NCBI GenBank assembly: GCA_000092065.1
Contig: CP000598.1
Strand: one strand, 5' to 3'
Source: Ostreococcus lucimarinus
Taxonomy: Eukaryota
DNA length: 64,000 nt
Positions 21,214 to 31,078 of this stretch are shown here, one piece after another (position 1 is the stretch's first letter; each line of letters opens with the position of its first letter). The notes under the pieces are model-generated. The model did not search any database. It saw nothing but the letters and a program-made list of their open reading frames with translations, and was not told where the DNA came from. The translations under genes were made by a program, and so were the position numbers.

Positions 21214-24200
21214 CTAGTCTGAGGGCTTACCAATACCTTTGAAAGGTTGGATTTCCTCACTTTCGACCTTCTCGAGATATTCTTGAAATGTGTGCAGAGC
21301 GTCACTCTTCACCATACCTTCACTCAACCTCTGGTTGATGAAGTCTCGTATGTCCTTCGAAGATATATGACTTAACATCACGTTGAAGTGATTAGAACAC
21401 TCGTGAACGTCTGCTGGACCTGAAAAGTTCTTCTTGTTCGGCAATATCTTTGTCAACATATCGGCTAAGTTGTGTGATGATCCTATGTTAAATGGCTGTA
21501 TAATCCCTTCTCTGTGAGCATAATGTTGGATCCAGGAGTATCTTATTTCCATATGCTTGTTTGACTTAGACGACATAGTTTCCATTGCCTGTCGAATGGC
21601 TGTCGTATTATCGCAGAAGAGTGGTACTCTTGACAGTTTAAATCCAAGCTCTCGAAACAACAAAATTTGAAAGAATAAATCTTTCGCGGCTTCATACATT
21701 GCCATGAACTCTGCTTGCGCTGAACTCGTGGCTGGTATTCCTTGCAGTTTGCTCTTCCAATTGGTAGGGCCGCATGAAAAAGATATATACCCCGATGTGG
21801 ATTTTCTTCCGCATCTATCTTTCGAATTTAAGGATAACTTTTGGCCTGCCCAATCCGAGTCTGTAAATCCTGCAAGTCTCACTATACCATTGCATTCAGC
21901 ACCGTTGTAGGTTAATGGAATATTGGGGTTCCTCTTGAGATATCCAACCGCTCTGCATAAAGCGCTAAATTGCTTATGCGTTGGGTTACTTGCTACCCTT
22001 CCAGCTAGACTGCATACCACAGCAAGATCTGGTCGAGTAGCAGTATTAAACCAATTCAGACTTCCCAGCACTTGTTGATATGTTGTCCGCTTCATCCTGT
22101 CTACTGCATCTGTGTCATCCTCCTTGGCGAGAACAAACGTATCTGATGGTAGTAATGGCGAATTGCAAGCATTGATATCTTGCACAGGACATTTTGCCAG
22201 AAACTGCGCAATTGAATATTCTTGGTTGAGTGTGTAACAATTCTTCCCTAATCTCTTTATATGGATGCCGTTGTACACCTTTATCCTTTCAAATTGCGAA
22301 ACTTTGTAAATTCTGGAAAATTCTTTGTGGAACTGCTTGACAACCTCATCGTTCTCAGCGGTTATCAGAAGATCATCTACCAATACTGAAATGATCATGA
22401 AGGGCTTGCTATTGCTCATCTTAACAAACAAACAGCTATCCTTACATAATTGGTTCAAACCCAGAGACCTTAGAGTCTTGGTTACATGCAAATACCAACA
22501 CCGTCCCGCTTGCTTTGTGCCATACAAGGGTCTGCGTAACTTGTAGACCATTCCTTTCGGAAGCGGATGTGACCTTGGGGCCTTGACGTATATATCATCT
22601 AGGAGTTCCCCTTGCGTGTAAGCTTGGGATACATCTATCGTAAAGATGTCCCATCCTAATATCGCCGCCAAGTTTATGAGTATCCTAAATGTGGTCATGG
22701 AAGCAACGGCACTAAATGTGTCGTGGTAGTCCTTCAACCAAACTTGGGTGAATCCTTGCACTACCAATCTAGACTTAAGGGAACCATCTGGTTTTACCTT
22801 ATCTACCCATTTGGATCCACAAATATTTGCATCTCCGGCTTCAACAATACTGACCTCCATTAATGTGGTTTCGAGCAATCCATTGAGCTCTTTTGCTCTG
22901 CTCTCTGAGAAATCCACACTTGACTCATCAATAATTTTACCGTATTCTTCGCCTTTTGCGACGGCTGTGGCTAGCACACTGTGTGCTGCCCTATTTGTCG
23001 AATCAGCGTTATTTAGCGCAGGATTCAATTTTACCGTTTTATCGCCGTAACTCCCGCCCTGGAGCTGGATATGCGAATACTTACATGTGAGGTAGATAAC
23101 CTGTTTCTTGAGCTCATCCTCAGAAACTCTACCATTCTCTTTGAAGTGGTTAACGAGATGTTCAATATCGTCAGTCGGTTGATCAGTCCCAACATCAGCA
23201 TTGTTCTCTGCGTCAACACCTCCTTCAACTTCTTCAAGGATCTCTGGAGAAAACCCGCTAGGCCCCCAGCCTGGATACTTATCCTGAAGGCTACTCTGGT
23301 CCATCCTTGTCCGTTCCCTCGCAAATTCGAGAAAATCCTCGACTAGACCAGCATTGGCGTTATTGAGCGCCGGAACTACATCGCTAGCGTTATTGAGCGC
23401 TGAGCCAGCGTTATTTAGCGCTGCTTCGGCGTTATTGAGCGCCGGAAATGGTTCGCTAGCGTTATTGAGCGCTGAGCCAGCGTTATTTAGCGCTGCTTCT
23501 CCCCCGGACTGCGGATAATCCTCGTCAAGATCGTCATCTTCGCAATCACTTTCAGATTTGTATCCTTGGTCCTCCTTTTGAGAATCCAACAAATCATTCA
23601 ACCAATCGTCCAGGTCACGGCGGTCGGAAAGCTCCGGTGGGAGGATAACAAGCTCCGGTGGGAGGATACTATTGTCGGTTAGCTCTGTTCGGTCTCCTGT
23701 TAATCCAGGATGCTCCCCATTCTGTGCATTCACCGACCCAGCGTTATTGAGCGCCGGTCTATTTACATAATTTTCATGGTCGAAGATCAACTCCGACGTT
23801 TCTTGAACATAACCTGGTGCTGATCCTTGGCGTTTCAGGATGCTGTTGGACAAAACCACAACATATTTCTTCGGGTGCAAAGTTACACTAGAGTAACCTA
23901 TGAACCACACTGGAAATCTACTCACACACCAATCCGGCCTTGAAGCCGGGTGCTGATTACTCAAATTTTGAGCAATCACATTCCGCGCCATATACGCCTT
24001 ACAACCAAATGGATGTAAGACTTGGATATCCACACCGTGTCCAAAAACTTCATAATACGGAGATTGCAACTTATTGTGCACTTTGACTCCAGTTATATTT
24101 CTTACTGTGGCGGCGTACTTCATGGCATATACCCAAAACTCACTCGGCACGCCACTTGCTATCAAGAGCTTTTTGGCGATTATCTTGAGTGCTTGATTCG

Positions 24201-25212
24201 TCCTTTCTGCTACGCCATTTTGCCACGGATGTCCTACATCACTCTTGGAAAATACCATTCCATGATCATCACAGAATTTTCCAAATGTAGACTTGATATC
24301 GCCACCACCATCGGAGTGTATCCGCTTGAGTCGAATTTCTCCATCTTGATGGTATCTTCTGCGGTGGTCTTGTATTAACGCTAGATCGCGCTTAAATTCC
24401 TTAAGCGCATGTGTCAGTGACCTTTCCTCAACGGTGGACGGCCGATTGCTCTCTACGGGGTAGACCAGCTGGAATCTGGTATACTCATCTGTAACGGTCA
24501 AACATGCCTTTTGATCTACAATCTTACAAACCATAGAACCTCTTGGCGGTCCGAAAGTCACGTCCATGTGGACAATTTCAAACGGTTTTGTACATCGCTT
24601 GGTACTCCTCTTACCGTGATTCGTTTGTCTTGTATGACCTATCTTGCATGTGACGCAATTATCGGCAGCATTATTCAACTTTGCTTGTAGCTCGTCCAGA
24701 GGTTTGTCACTTGTTATCCAACTATTGTTGAATGCAGTAAGTAATGTATTACTTGACACATGGCCAAGTGTATCATGTATTAACGTCGGTATCCAGAATA
24801 TGGGCCGTTTTGACGATATATCTATCACCGGCAATCCATCGTGACGTCGACGAACATTAACATCATGATATTTTCCATCTTCATCTGGTAATTTGATACT
24901 TCCGCCGGAGTCATTTAGGCTAATCGGGTAACCTGTGCATGATAATATTCCGGCTCCTGGAAGATCGGCTCCAGGGGCACAGTTTGCCTCGAAATGGAAT
25001 TCAAAATGTTTTCCTTCCGTGTCAACTAGATCAACCTTTGCAACTCCTGATTTGGTCACTACCGTAGTGCCGTTGATAGAGGTCAAGATTTCGTTTCCTC
25101 GAGACTTCACGTTGTGCAACTTTAGTGCATCATTTATTACACTCACACACGCTCCACTGTCGACCAGTAAAGTATTTTTGTTGCCTAGATGATATGTCTC
25201 GAGGATTATCGG
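21214..25212 (-). CDS. copia Pol (protease-integrase-RT-RNaseH). It is read in frame directly after the gag UGA and has no ATG of its own.
   Basis: Reading on from the gag stop gives PIILETYHLGNKNTLLVDSGACVS..., so the PR active site lies immediately downstream of the stop. The tracked ORF start at 25146 is a GTG. Confidence 0.8.
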   Translation of the reverse strand, partial: PIILETYHLGNKNTLLVDSGACVSVINDALKLHNVKSRGNEILTSINGTTVVTKSGVAKVDLVDTEGKHFEFHFEANCAPGADLPGAGILSCTGYPISLNDSGGSIKLPDEDGKYHDVNVRRRHDGLPVIDISSKRPIFWIPTLIHDTLGHVSSNTLLTAFNNSWITSDKPLDELQAKLNNAADNCVTCKIGHTRQTNHGKRSTKRCTKPFEIVHMDVTFGPPRGSMVCKIVDQKACLTVTDEYTRFQLVYPVESNRPSTVEERSLTHALKEFKRDLALIQDHRRRYHQDGEIRLKRIHSDGGGDIKSTFGKFCDDHGMVFSKSDVGHPWQNGVAERTNQALKIIAKKLLIASGVPSEFWVYAMKYAATVRNITGVKVHNKLQSPYYEVFGHGVDIQVLHPFGCKAYMARNVIAQNLSNQHPASRPDWCVSRFPVWFIGYSSVTLHPKKYVVVLSNSILKRQGSAPGYVQETSELIFDHENYVNRPALNNAGSVNAQNGEHPGLTGDRTELTDNSILPPELVILPPELSDRRDLDDWLNDLLDSQKEDQGYKSESDCEDDDLDEDYPQSGGEAALNNAGSALNNASEPFPALNNAEAALNNAGSALNNASDVVPALNNANAGLVEDFLEFARERTRMDQSSLQDKYPGWGPSGFSPEILEEVEGGVDAENNADVGTDQPTDDIEHLVNHFKENGRVSEDELKKQVIYLTCKYSHIQLQGGSYGDKTVKLNPALNNADSTNRAAHSVLATAVAKGEEYGKIIDESSVDFSESRAKELNGLLETTLMEVSIVEAGDANICGSKWVDKVKPDGSLKSRLVVQGFTQVWLKDYHDTFSAVASMTTFRILINLAAILGWDIFTIDVSQAYTQGELLDDIYVKAPRSHPLPKGMVYKLRRPLYGTKQAGRCWYLHVTKTLRSLGLNQLCKDSCLFVKMSNSKPFMIISVLVDDLLITAENDEVVKQFHKEFSRIYKVSQFERIKVYNGIHIKRLGKNCYTLNQEYSIAQFLAKCPVQDINACNSPLLPSDTFVLAKEDDTDAVDRMKRTTYQQVLGSLNWFNTATRPDLAVVCSLAGRVASNPTHKQFSALCRAVGYLKRNPNIPLTYNGAECNGIVRLAGFTDSDWAGQKLSLNSKDRCGRKSTSGYISFSCGPTNWKSKLQGIPATSSAQAEFMAMYEAAKDLFFQILLFRELGFKLSRVPLFCDNTTAIRQAMETMSSKSNKHMEIRYSWIQHYAHREGIIQPFNIGSSHNLADMLTKILPNKKNFSGPADVHECSNHFNVMLSHISSKDIRDFINQRLSEGMVKSDALHTFQEYLEKVESEEIQPFKGIGKPSD

Positions 25213-25215
25213 TCA

Positions 25216-26391
25216 CTCGTCTTTCTCTTTTGGATCAGACTCGTTCCCTCTTGGTTTCTTATTGGCAAACTTGTCTACCCGCCGCTGCAGATCAGGACGT
25301 AACGGCGATTTACACTCCCAATACCTGTGACCTTTCCTGTTACAGTTGAAGCAAGCTCCTTTCGGCTGAAACTTCTTCCGCTTCAGATTATTCACAGCAA
25401 GCTGTTTAGGTGATGTCTCCTGATCGAGTTTATCAGCTATAACAAGCTTATTCGTGCATTTGGTAAAGTCCAGTTTGTCGCGCTGCTGGGAAAGTAACTC
25501 CTCACACACCTTTTTGACATTCGTTCGAGACAGCGGAGACGCCAACAACATAACGAGTATTGTTTCGGTGAAACCACTGAATTCGATCGTTTCCGAAGTG
25601 GTGAGTTCGTTCCCATTTATCGTGAACGCAGATTGAACCTGCCGACGCAACCTCAGCCCGTTGTTGAGTCTAACTTGACTATCATTTGGGAGGGAAGTAA
25701 ACAATTTTCTTTTGTTACCCAAGAATTCCGCCATGTTTCCGGATCCAGTGTACTTTATGTCATTTAACCGATTCTCTACGAGAGTTTGGATCGTTGAGTA
25801 AGGGTCTAATTCCAGAAGTAATCTGTCTAACAAAGTAATCCCCGACCAAGTCGCTCTTGACGCTCTCATGTCGCTTACGAGCTTCTTGAGTTGTTCAGGA
25901 AATACATTTGATAAATCAAAAACGCCGTCAGCCAGTTCTTGATCCGCAACATCGAGCGGTACCAATGTCCTATCCGGATGTAACTTCTCATAGTCTTTCA
26001 CTGTAACACGATTATTCTCAGCGTTAGCAGGTGGTAACCCCGGGAGTCCGTTGGAATCCCTTTCATCCTGCATTACGTTGTAAACGTATTTACACAAATC
26101 GATGTTATCACGGAATGTAATATCCAGCGAAGCTACGATTGCGGTGATCCTGCAAAGATCCATATTGGCATTTTTATACTTTGCATCAATGTAGTGGCGC
26201 AACAGCTTATCCGCAGCGATCGACACACTGACGGCCTCCGTTTTCCTTCTTCCGTTGATTTTAGAAGATGTAAACCTGTAGTTCAAAGATTGAACCATTA
26301 AATCTATAAATTCGACTACGTTGTCGCCTTGAACACCGCTCTTGAAACGCGTGAACGACGCCAGGTCCGTTGGTAGGAACGCTTCCGACAT
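25216..26391 (-). CDS. copia Gag (capsid/nucleocapsid with one CCHC zinc knuckle)
   Basis: The ATG at 26391 was verified. The protein ends ...SDPKEKDE, followed by TGA at 25215-25213. Confidence 0.8.
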
Positions 26392-26578
26392 CTTGCTTTG
26401 GTTAAGCGTTTTAAGGCGTTACTAAATTTAGAATCTTCTAAAAATAGAACGATTCGCTCTAAAAATAGAACGACTCTTTACAAACCGATCGAGGCGCAAA
26501 AGGCACTCTTCCGATTGACACTAATCGTAGGTCCACGCTAGCGTGCTGCACGTCGTCGCAGATGGCAGAATCGTACGA

Positions 26579-26753
26579 TGCGAGCTATACCTTATATGAT
26601 GGTGAGCAATCGGGCCTAGTGCGTCGATAAGTGATGATAATTACAATCAGTTGTGGTTAGTTCATTAATGAGTGTTAACTCGTCAATTAGTCCCGCTAGG
26701 TTACTAGGGGAAGCTACTATATTTCATATTTTACTCTTCAGATTTCTAACACA
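26579..26753 (-). repeat. copia 5' LTR
   Basis: Identical to 21024-21198. Confidence 0.8.
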
Positions 26754-28654
26754 CTTCGACTATGTATCACGAATGCGGATCCTCGCACTTGAGAAACCTC
26801 GGATTTATACGTCGCGATGGGTGTCGTGCGTGAGAAACCTTGGGTTTATAAGTCGCAATAGATGTCGTGCGTGCTTGGCTTGTCTGATGCTGATTCATAC
26901 GCGCTAAGTCTATATGTAGGTCTAGTTCGTGTACAAGTAGTGTAGACATGCACGTCAGCAACAAAAAACTCCGCCGGTGCATTTGGCTTGAAAAAGTTCG
27001 AGCTCTATCACTAGATGCGACCTACCAATGATCACACCGTTCGTGTTCCTCTTAACCAACTTTGCTTGTGTGCTTCTCTGTCGGATATCTTGTCATTCTT
27101 GACCTTCTCGAAATTTGTCTCTATCCAATCCATGATCCACTTGCCCCACTCATGAATATGGCGACTCCAGACGTCGACTTCATTCCAAGATCTGATTTTC
27201 CAGGAAATAATTCTTCATTTACAAAGTTCGAATCACTAAACGCTGCCGGACATATACTCGAGTCCTTCCTGAAGTACAGTTCTACGACTTAAAATGTTCG
27301 TCAAATCAAGATTCGATACAAAGTGCGCAAATTCCGAATCGTCCAGAAGGCTGCGGCATAGATTTGTTTTTGCAACGTAAAAACGGCTTGAAAACTATCG
27401 GCCTTGAGAAATCTCAAGACAATGTCAATGTTGGCACACGTCAGCTCATCGGCGCTCACACACTCACTAAGCGCGATCATGCCGAGTCTGCAAACAGTGT
27501 TGTAAGTCTGGCTATCATATTTGTATTTGCTTACTGCGCTCTTTTCATTTTAAAGAGGATGCCGAAGCGGATTTAAAGTTGGCCACGTTGAGAGGCTCAG
27601 ATAAGAGCATGTATTATTAGCTTGTATTCTTGATAAGCCTTTCCGGATAGAATGCGTGACGAGTTACGACTCAACTGCAACTGTGAACATCAATCGAAAC
27701 TGAAAGTTCAGAAGTTGTGACCGCTCGCTGGAAAATTGACCCACTACCGACGGTGACAGTCGCCGTGGCGAATTGTTTTTGTTTGGGCACTGCGCAGACG
27801 AAATCGAGAATTTTGGCGATATGAGGTGAGGACTATGCGAGGCGGGGGGAGAGTCTACGCGGTCTTGGTCCCAGTGGCATTCCTTCCTAGCCGACTGCGT
27901 CTCTGTAGGAACGTTTCGCCGTCGATGAGCTACACCAGAAGTATCGCGACGGCATATCGCGACGATGGGCGCCGCCGCCTAGGCGCGGGAAGTCTGATCC
28001 CGGCTACGAAAGATATAAGACCCACCCCGCGTTACGAAAGTCTTGATACAGTGTATGGTTTTTCATAGTGCAGTGCAACGAACGTGTCGAATACGATGAC
28101 GCGTGAAATGAAGGGGAAACGACGACCAAACGGGGTTCCACAGCGCGCAGGGTTCGTGCGTATTTCGCGCGCGGCGTCTTGTCGGCGTGCTCATCCATCG
28201 CGACGAAAGTGGGCGAGGCCGATGCACGTTGGCTTTTACACGTTCTGCGCGTCGTTCGCCGATCCGGCGTGGGGACGCGGTTCTCGCGCGCGCGTCGCGC
28301 GTCGCGCGCGCCGCGAAGGCGACGACGACGACGATCGCGCTTCCGAGACCCTCGTCGCGCGTCTCCGCGCGCGTCGCGTCGCGTGCGGTTCGCGCGACGC
28401 GTCGCGCGCGCGCGACTGGGCTCGTTCGGTGCGTTGCGCCGCCGCGGTGCGGTGGCGGCGCGCGCGACCGCGCGGGCGCGCGTTTCAGTGATGGCGTGCG
28501 TGATTGCATAACGCCCGTTTCAGTGATGGCGTGTGTGTCTGTTGCGATGATGGTATATATGGCTCGTTTCGAAGTAAAATATGTATATTAGATCGTATTA
28601 TGATACATTTAAGTCTATCTGTGTGATCCATGGATACATTTTCGTTCGATTGAT

Positions 28655-29641
28655 TTTTTCGGTCGCGAAAGCGCGCGGTCGCCGGGTCAACCAACACCTT
28701 CATCTCCGGGGGGGATCGAAGATTGTTTTTTACGGTCGCGCGCGCGGTCGCCGCGGACGCCCCCGCCCTCGTCGACGCCGCGCTGACTGTCGCGCGCTGA
28801 CTGACGCGCGCTGACTGACGCGCGCGCGATCGAACGCCGCGAGTGGGGAAAGGCGAACGCGCGACGTCGTCGCGCGCGCCCCCGCGCGTCCCGGAGCGAA
28901 CCGCGCGTCGTCGTCGTCGCCGTCGCCGTCGCGCGCGTACGCTTCGGAACGCGAAAATCGTTTTTCGTCGCGGGGGGACTGCGGTGCGGGTCGTCTCACA
29001 CTTCGGGACGCCGACGATGGTGTCGTCCGGCGACGCCGACGTCGACGACGCGGTCGAACGACGCCATCGGCGCGGTCGCGGTCGCGCCGTTCACGATCTT
29101 CTGCCGTCGTCCTCGACGGCGCCAGCGCGCGCAGCGGCAGATCTCGCGGCGATTCAAAAAACCGATACGATCGACGATCGCGCCAACGCGAAACGCGCGC
29201 GAACAGCGACGGCGTCGCCCGACGAGAGTTCCCCTCCCATGATTTCGTTCGACGATATGTTCATCGATGCGCTCGACGGCTTCACGACGTACACCGAGGC
29301 GAAAACGAACACCGTCCCGCCGGTTGAAGCAGCAACCGGTCGAGGCGCGCTCCCGAGGCGGTTTTGCAAGAGCTGTCGGAAAGCGCTCGACGTGTTTCGT
29401 GATTTCGACGGGGAGCTGAAGACGTGTCGACTGTGTTTGCGCGTGCGCAAGAAGGACGCGAAACGCAAACGCGCGCTACGGCGGGCGGACGCGAAAAGGT
29501 CGGGCGACGGCGACGGTAAAAAAGGCGCGGCTTCGTAGAGAAGCTGAACGCAGGGAACGACGACGAGTCGCGGATGCGCGCGAAACGATCGATCTTTGAT
29601 TCGACGCGCCTTCGGTATAGTAGTGTGTTTTGCTCTGTAGC
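28655..29641. repeat. Segment duplicated at 58354-59158. The second copy carries a ~190-bp internal deletion. The segment includes GC-rich low-complexity sequence and a small C-x2-C...C-x2-C ORF.
   Basis: Aligned directly; the two copies are near-identical outside the deletion. Confidence 0.6.
29017..29538 (+). CDS. Hypothetical basic protein with a putative C4 zinc-binding motif (FCKSCRKAL...CRLCL). A duplicated copy is at 58717-59055.
   Basis: The first in-frame ATG is at 29017. The ORF is conserved in both copies, but the context is GC-rich, so the coding status is uncertain. Confidence 0.3.
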   Translation: MVSSGDADVDDAVERRHRRGRGRAVHDLLPSSSTAPARAAADLAAIQKTDTIDDRANAKRARTATASPDESSPPMISFDDMFIDALDGFTTYTEAKTNTVPPVEAATGRGALPRRFCKSCRKALDVFRDFDGELKTCRLCLRVRKKDAKRKRALRRADAKRSGDGDGKKGAAS

Positions 29642-30292
29642 GACACGGCGATTGGGGTCAGGCTCAACGCGCTGGAGTCGGCGAAGACGGCGCTCGAGCA
29701 AGTGGACGTGGACGTGCGCGCGCTCATCGGTGCGCTGAACGCGACGGACACGGTGATGCGCGCGACAAATGCTGAGTTGAAGACACGGTTGGATGCTTTG
29801 AATACCACGGACGTAGAGATGAAAGCCAAAGACACCGAGTTGAGCGGGCGAATTGATGCCTTGAACGCCACGGATACAGAATTGAAGACCGCGGATGCGT
29901 TGCTGGGGAGCAGAATTGATGCCCTGAATACGACAGACGCGGCGTTGAAAGCCGAGGATGCGAATCTGTCGAACAGAATCGACATCCTGAACGCCACCGA
30001 CGCTGTACTGAAGGGCGTGGACGACGGCTTGTCGAGCCGCATCGACGCCCTGACGAACATTTACGTCAACGAGCTCAATCTCACGGACGAGCAGCTCATC
30101 GTCACCGACGCGACGCTTGGCTCGCGCATCGACAGGTTGAACGAGACGCAGTACGAGCTCAAGGGCATGGACGCGGGTTTATCGATTCGAATCGACGCGC
30201 TCGACGACTCGAAAGCCGAGCTGCAGCGCGTGGATACCGAAGTCGCCGCGGTCATAGCGTCTTTGAACACCATGGGTGAGGAGCTCAAGTAG
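29630..30292 (+). pseudogene. Fragment of a 21-aa-repeat (RIDALNATD...) protein gene, paralogous to the gene at 31079-32599 but lying on the opposite strand.
   Basis: It contains only the repeat region, with no signal peptide and no C-terminal domain. It abuts a transposase remnant. Confidence 0.3.
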
Positions 30293-30321
30293 CTATTTTT
30301 TTCGAAAACACGAGTACTACT

Positions 30322-30540
30322 ATGGCTACTATCTCTACTCCAACTGGCCGCGAAGCCGCGTGGACCGAGCGACTGGAGTCCGTCAGGAAGGATGTCGAGC
30401 GATGTTTTGGTCACTTGAAGAAGCGCTTTCAGATACTTCGCTTGCCATCTAGCGTGATATCGTTCGCCCAGATCGTGTGTCTCCTAAGGTTGAGTCAAGC
30501 CTTCGTGAGGACTAACGGCGCCGTCAGTGGTCGGGGCGTC
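30322..30540 (+). pseudogene. C-terminal remnant of a PIF/Harbinger (DDE_Tnp_4) transposase.
   Basis: The remnant carries WTERLESVRKDVERCFGHLKKRFQILR. That matches the Harbinger signature E(R)xFGxLKxRFxIL containing the last catalytic E. No N-terminal part is present, and short repeats occur at 30546-30665 and 30935-31000. Confidence 0.5.
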
Positions 30541-31078
30541 GGTTAATTCAATGTCTCTGTCTTCTTCGTGTGCGCTATTGTCCACAAAGGCGCGCGTCGC
30601 AATGCGCGCCAGCACCACGCGCCCGGCGTCATCAAGCGCCCGCCCAACGTATTCAACGCTTGTGTGAGGGCTAGCCGCATTTTAACGTCGCACGCTTGCG
30701 ACGTTAACTCGGTTTGTTCCGCAACTTCGAGGTGGTTGTGTATGACTCGGAGGCGCGCGACGCCGTTTTCGCTGCGCCTTCTGATGTGCGCATGCTGTGC
30801 GCTCGCGATAATTCAATCTCATATTGCTTACAGCCTTCGGACCAGGCATTTCCTTCTCTTTTACCTTGTGACAAAGAAGTGGATGAATCAGTGAATACTG
30901 GTATGCTCTGATACTTGAAACCCATGGTCGGGTAATTCTATGTCTCTGTCTTCTTCTTGTTCACATCCAACGTATTCGACACTTGTGCGACAACGAGCGG
31001 AGTAAAAATTTGGCTAAATTCCTGGGCAAATACACACGAATGCACACTGGGCGACTCTAGCGGCGCGGCGTGATCAAA

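Larger units (their letters stand above)
21024..26753 (-). mobile_element. Full-length Ty1/copia LTR retrotransposon (about 5.7 kb) with identical 175-bp LTRs. gag and pol are in the same frame, separated by one UGA.
   Basis: The LTRs at 21024-21198 and 26579-26753 are identical and run TG...CA on the element strand. The gag ORF has a CCHC knuckle (CFNCNRKGHRYWEC). The pol order is PR (LLVDSGA), IN (DDE), RT (YVDDLLI), RH. A polypurine tract (agagaaagctaaggagg) abuts the 3' LTR. Confidence 0.85.

Noticed and set aside
28063-29000. A cluster of overlapping 100-150-aa ORFs
   Set aside because: The DNA is GC-rich, stop-poor and low-complexity with (gctgactgacgcgc)n-type repeats. There are no motifs and no consistent frame.
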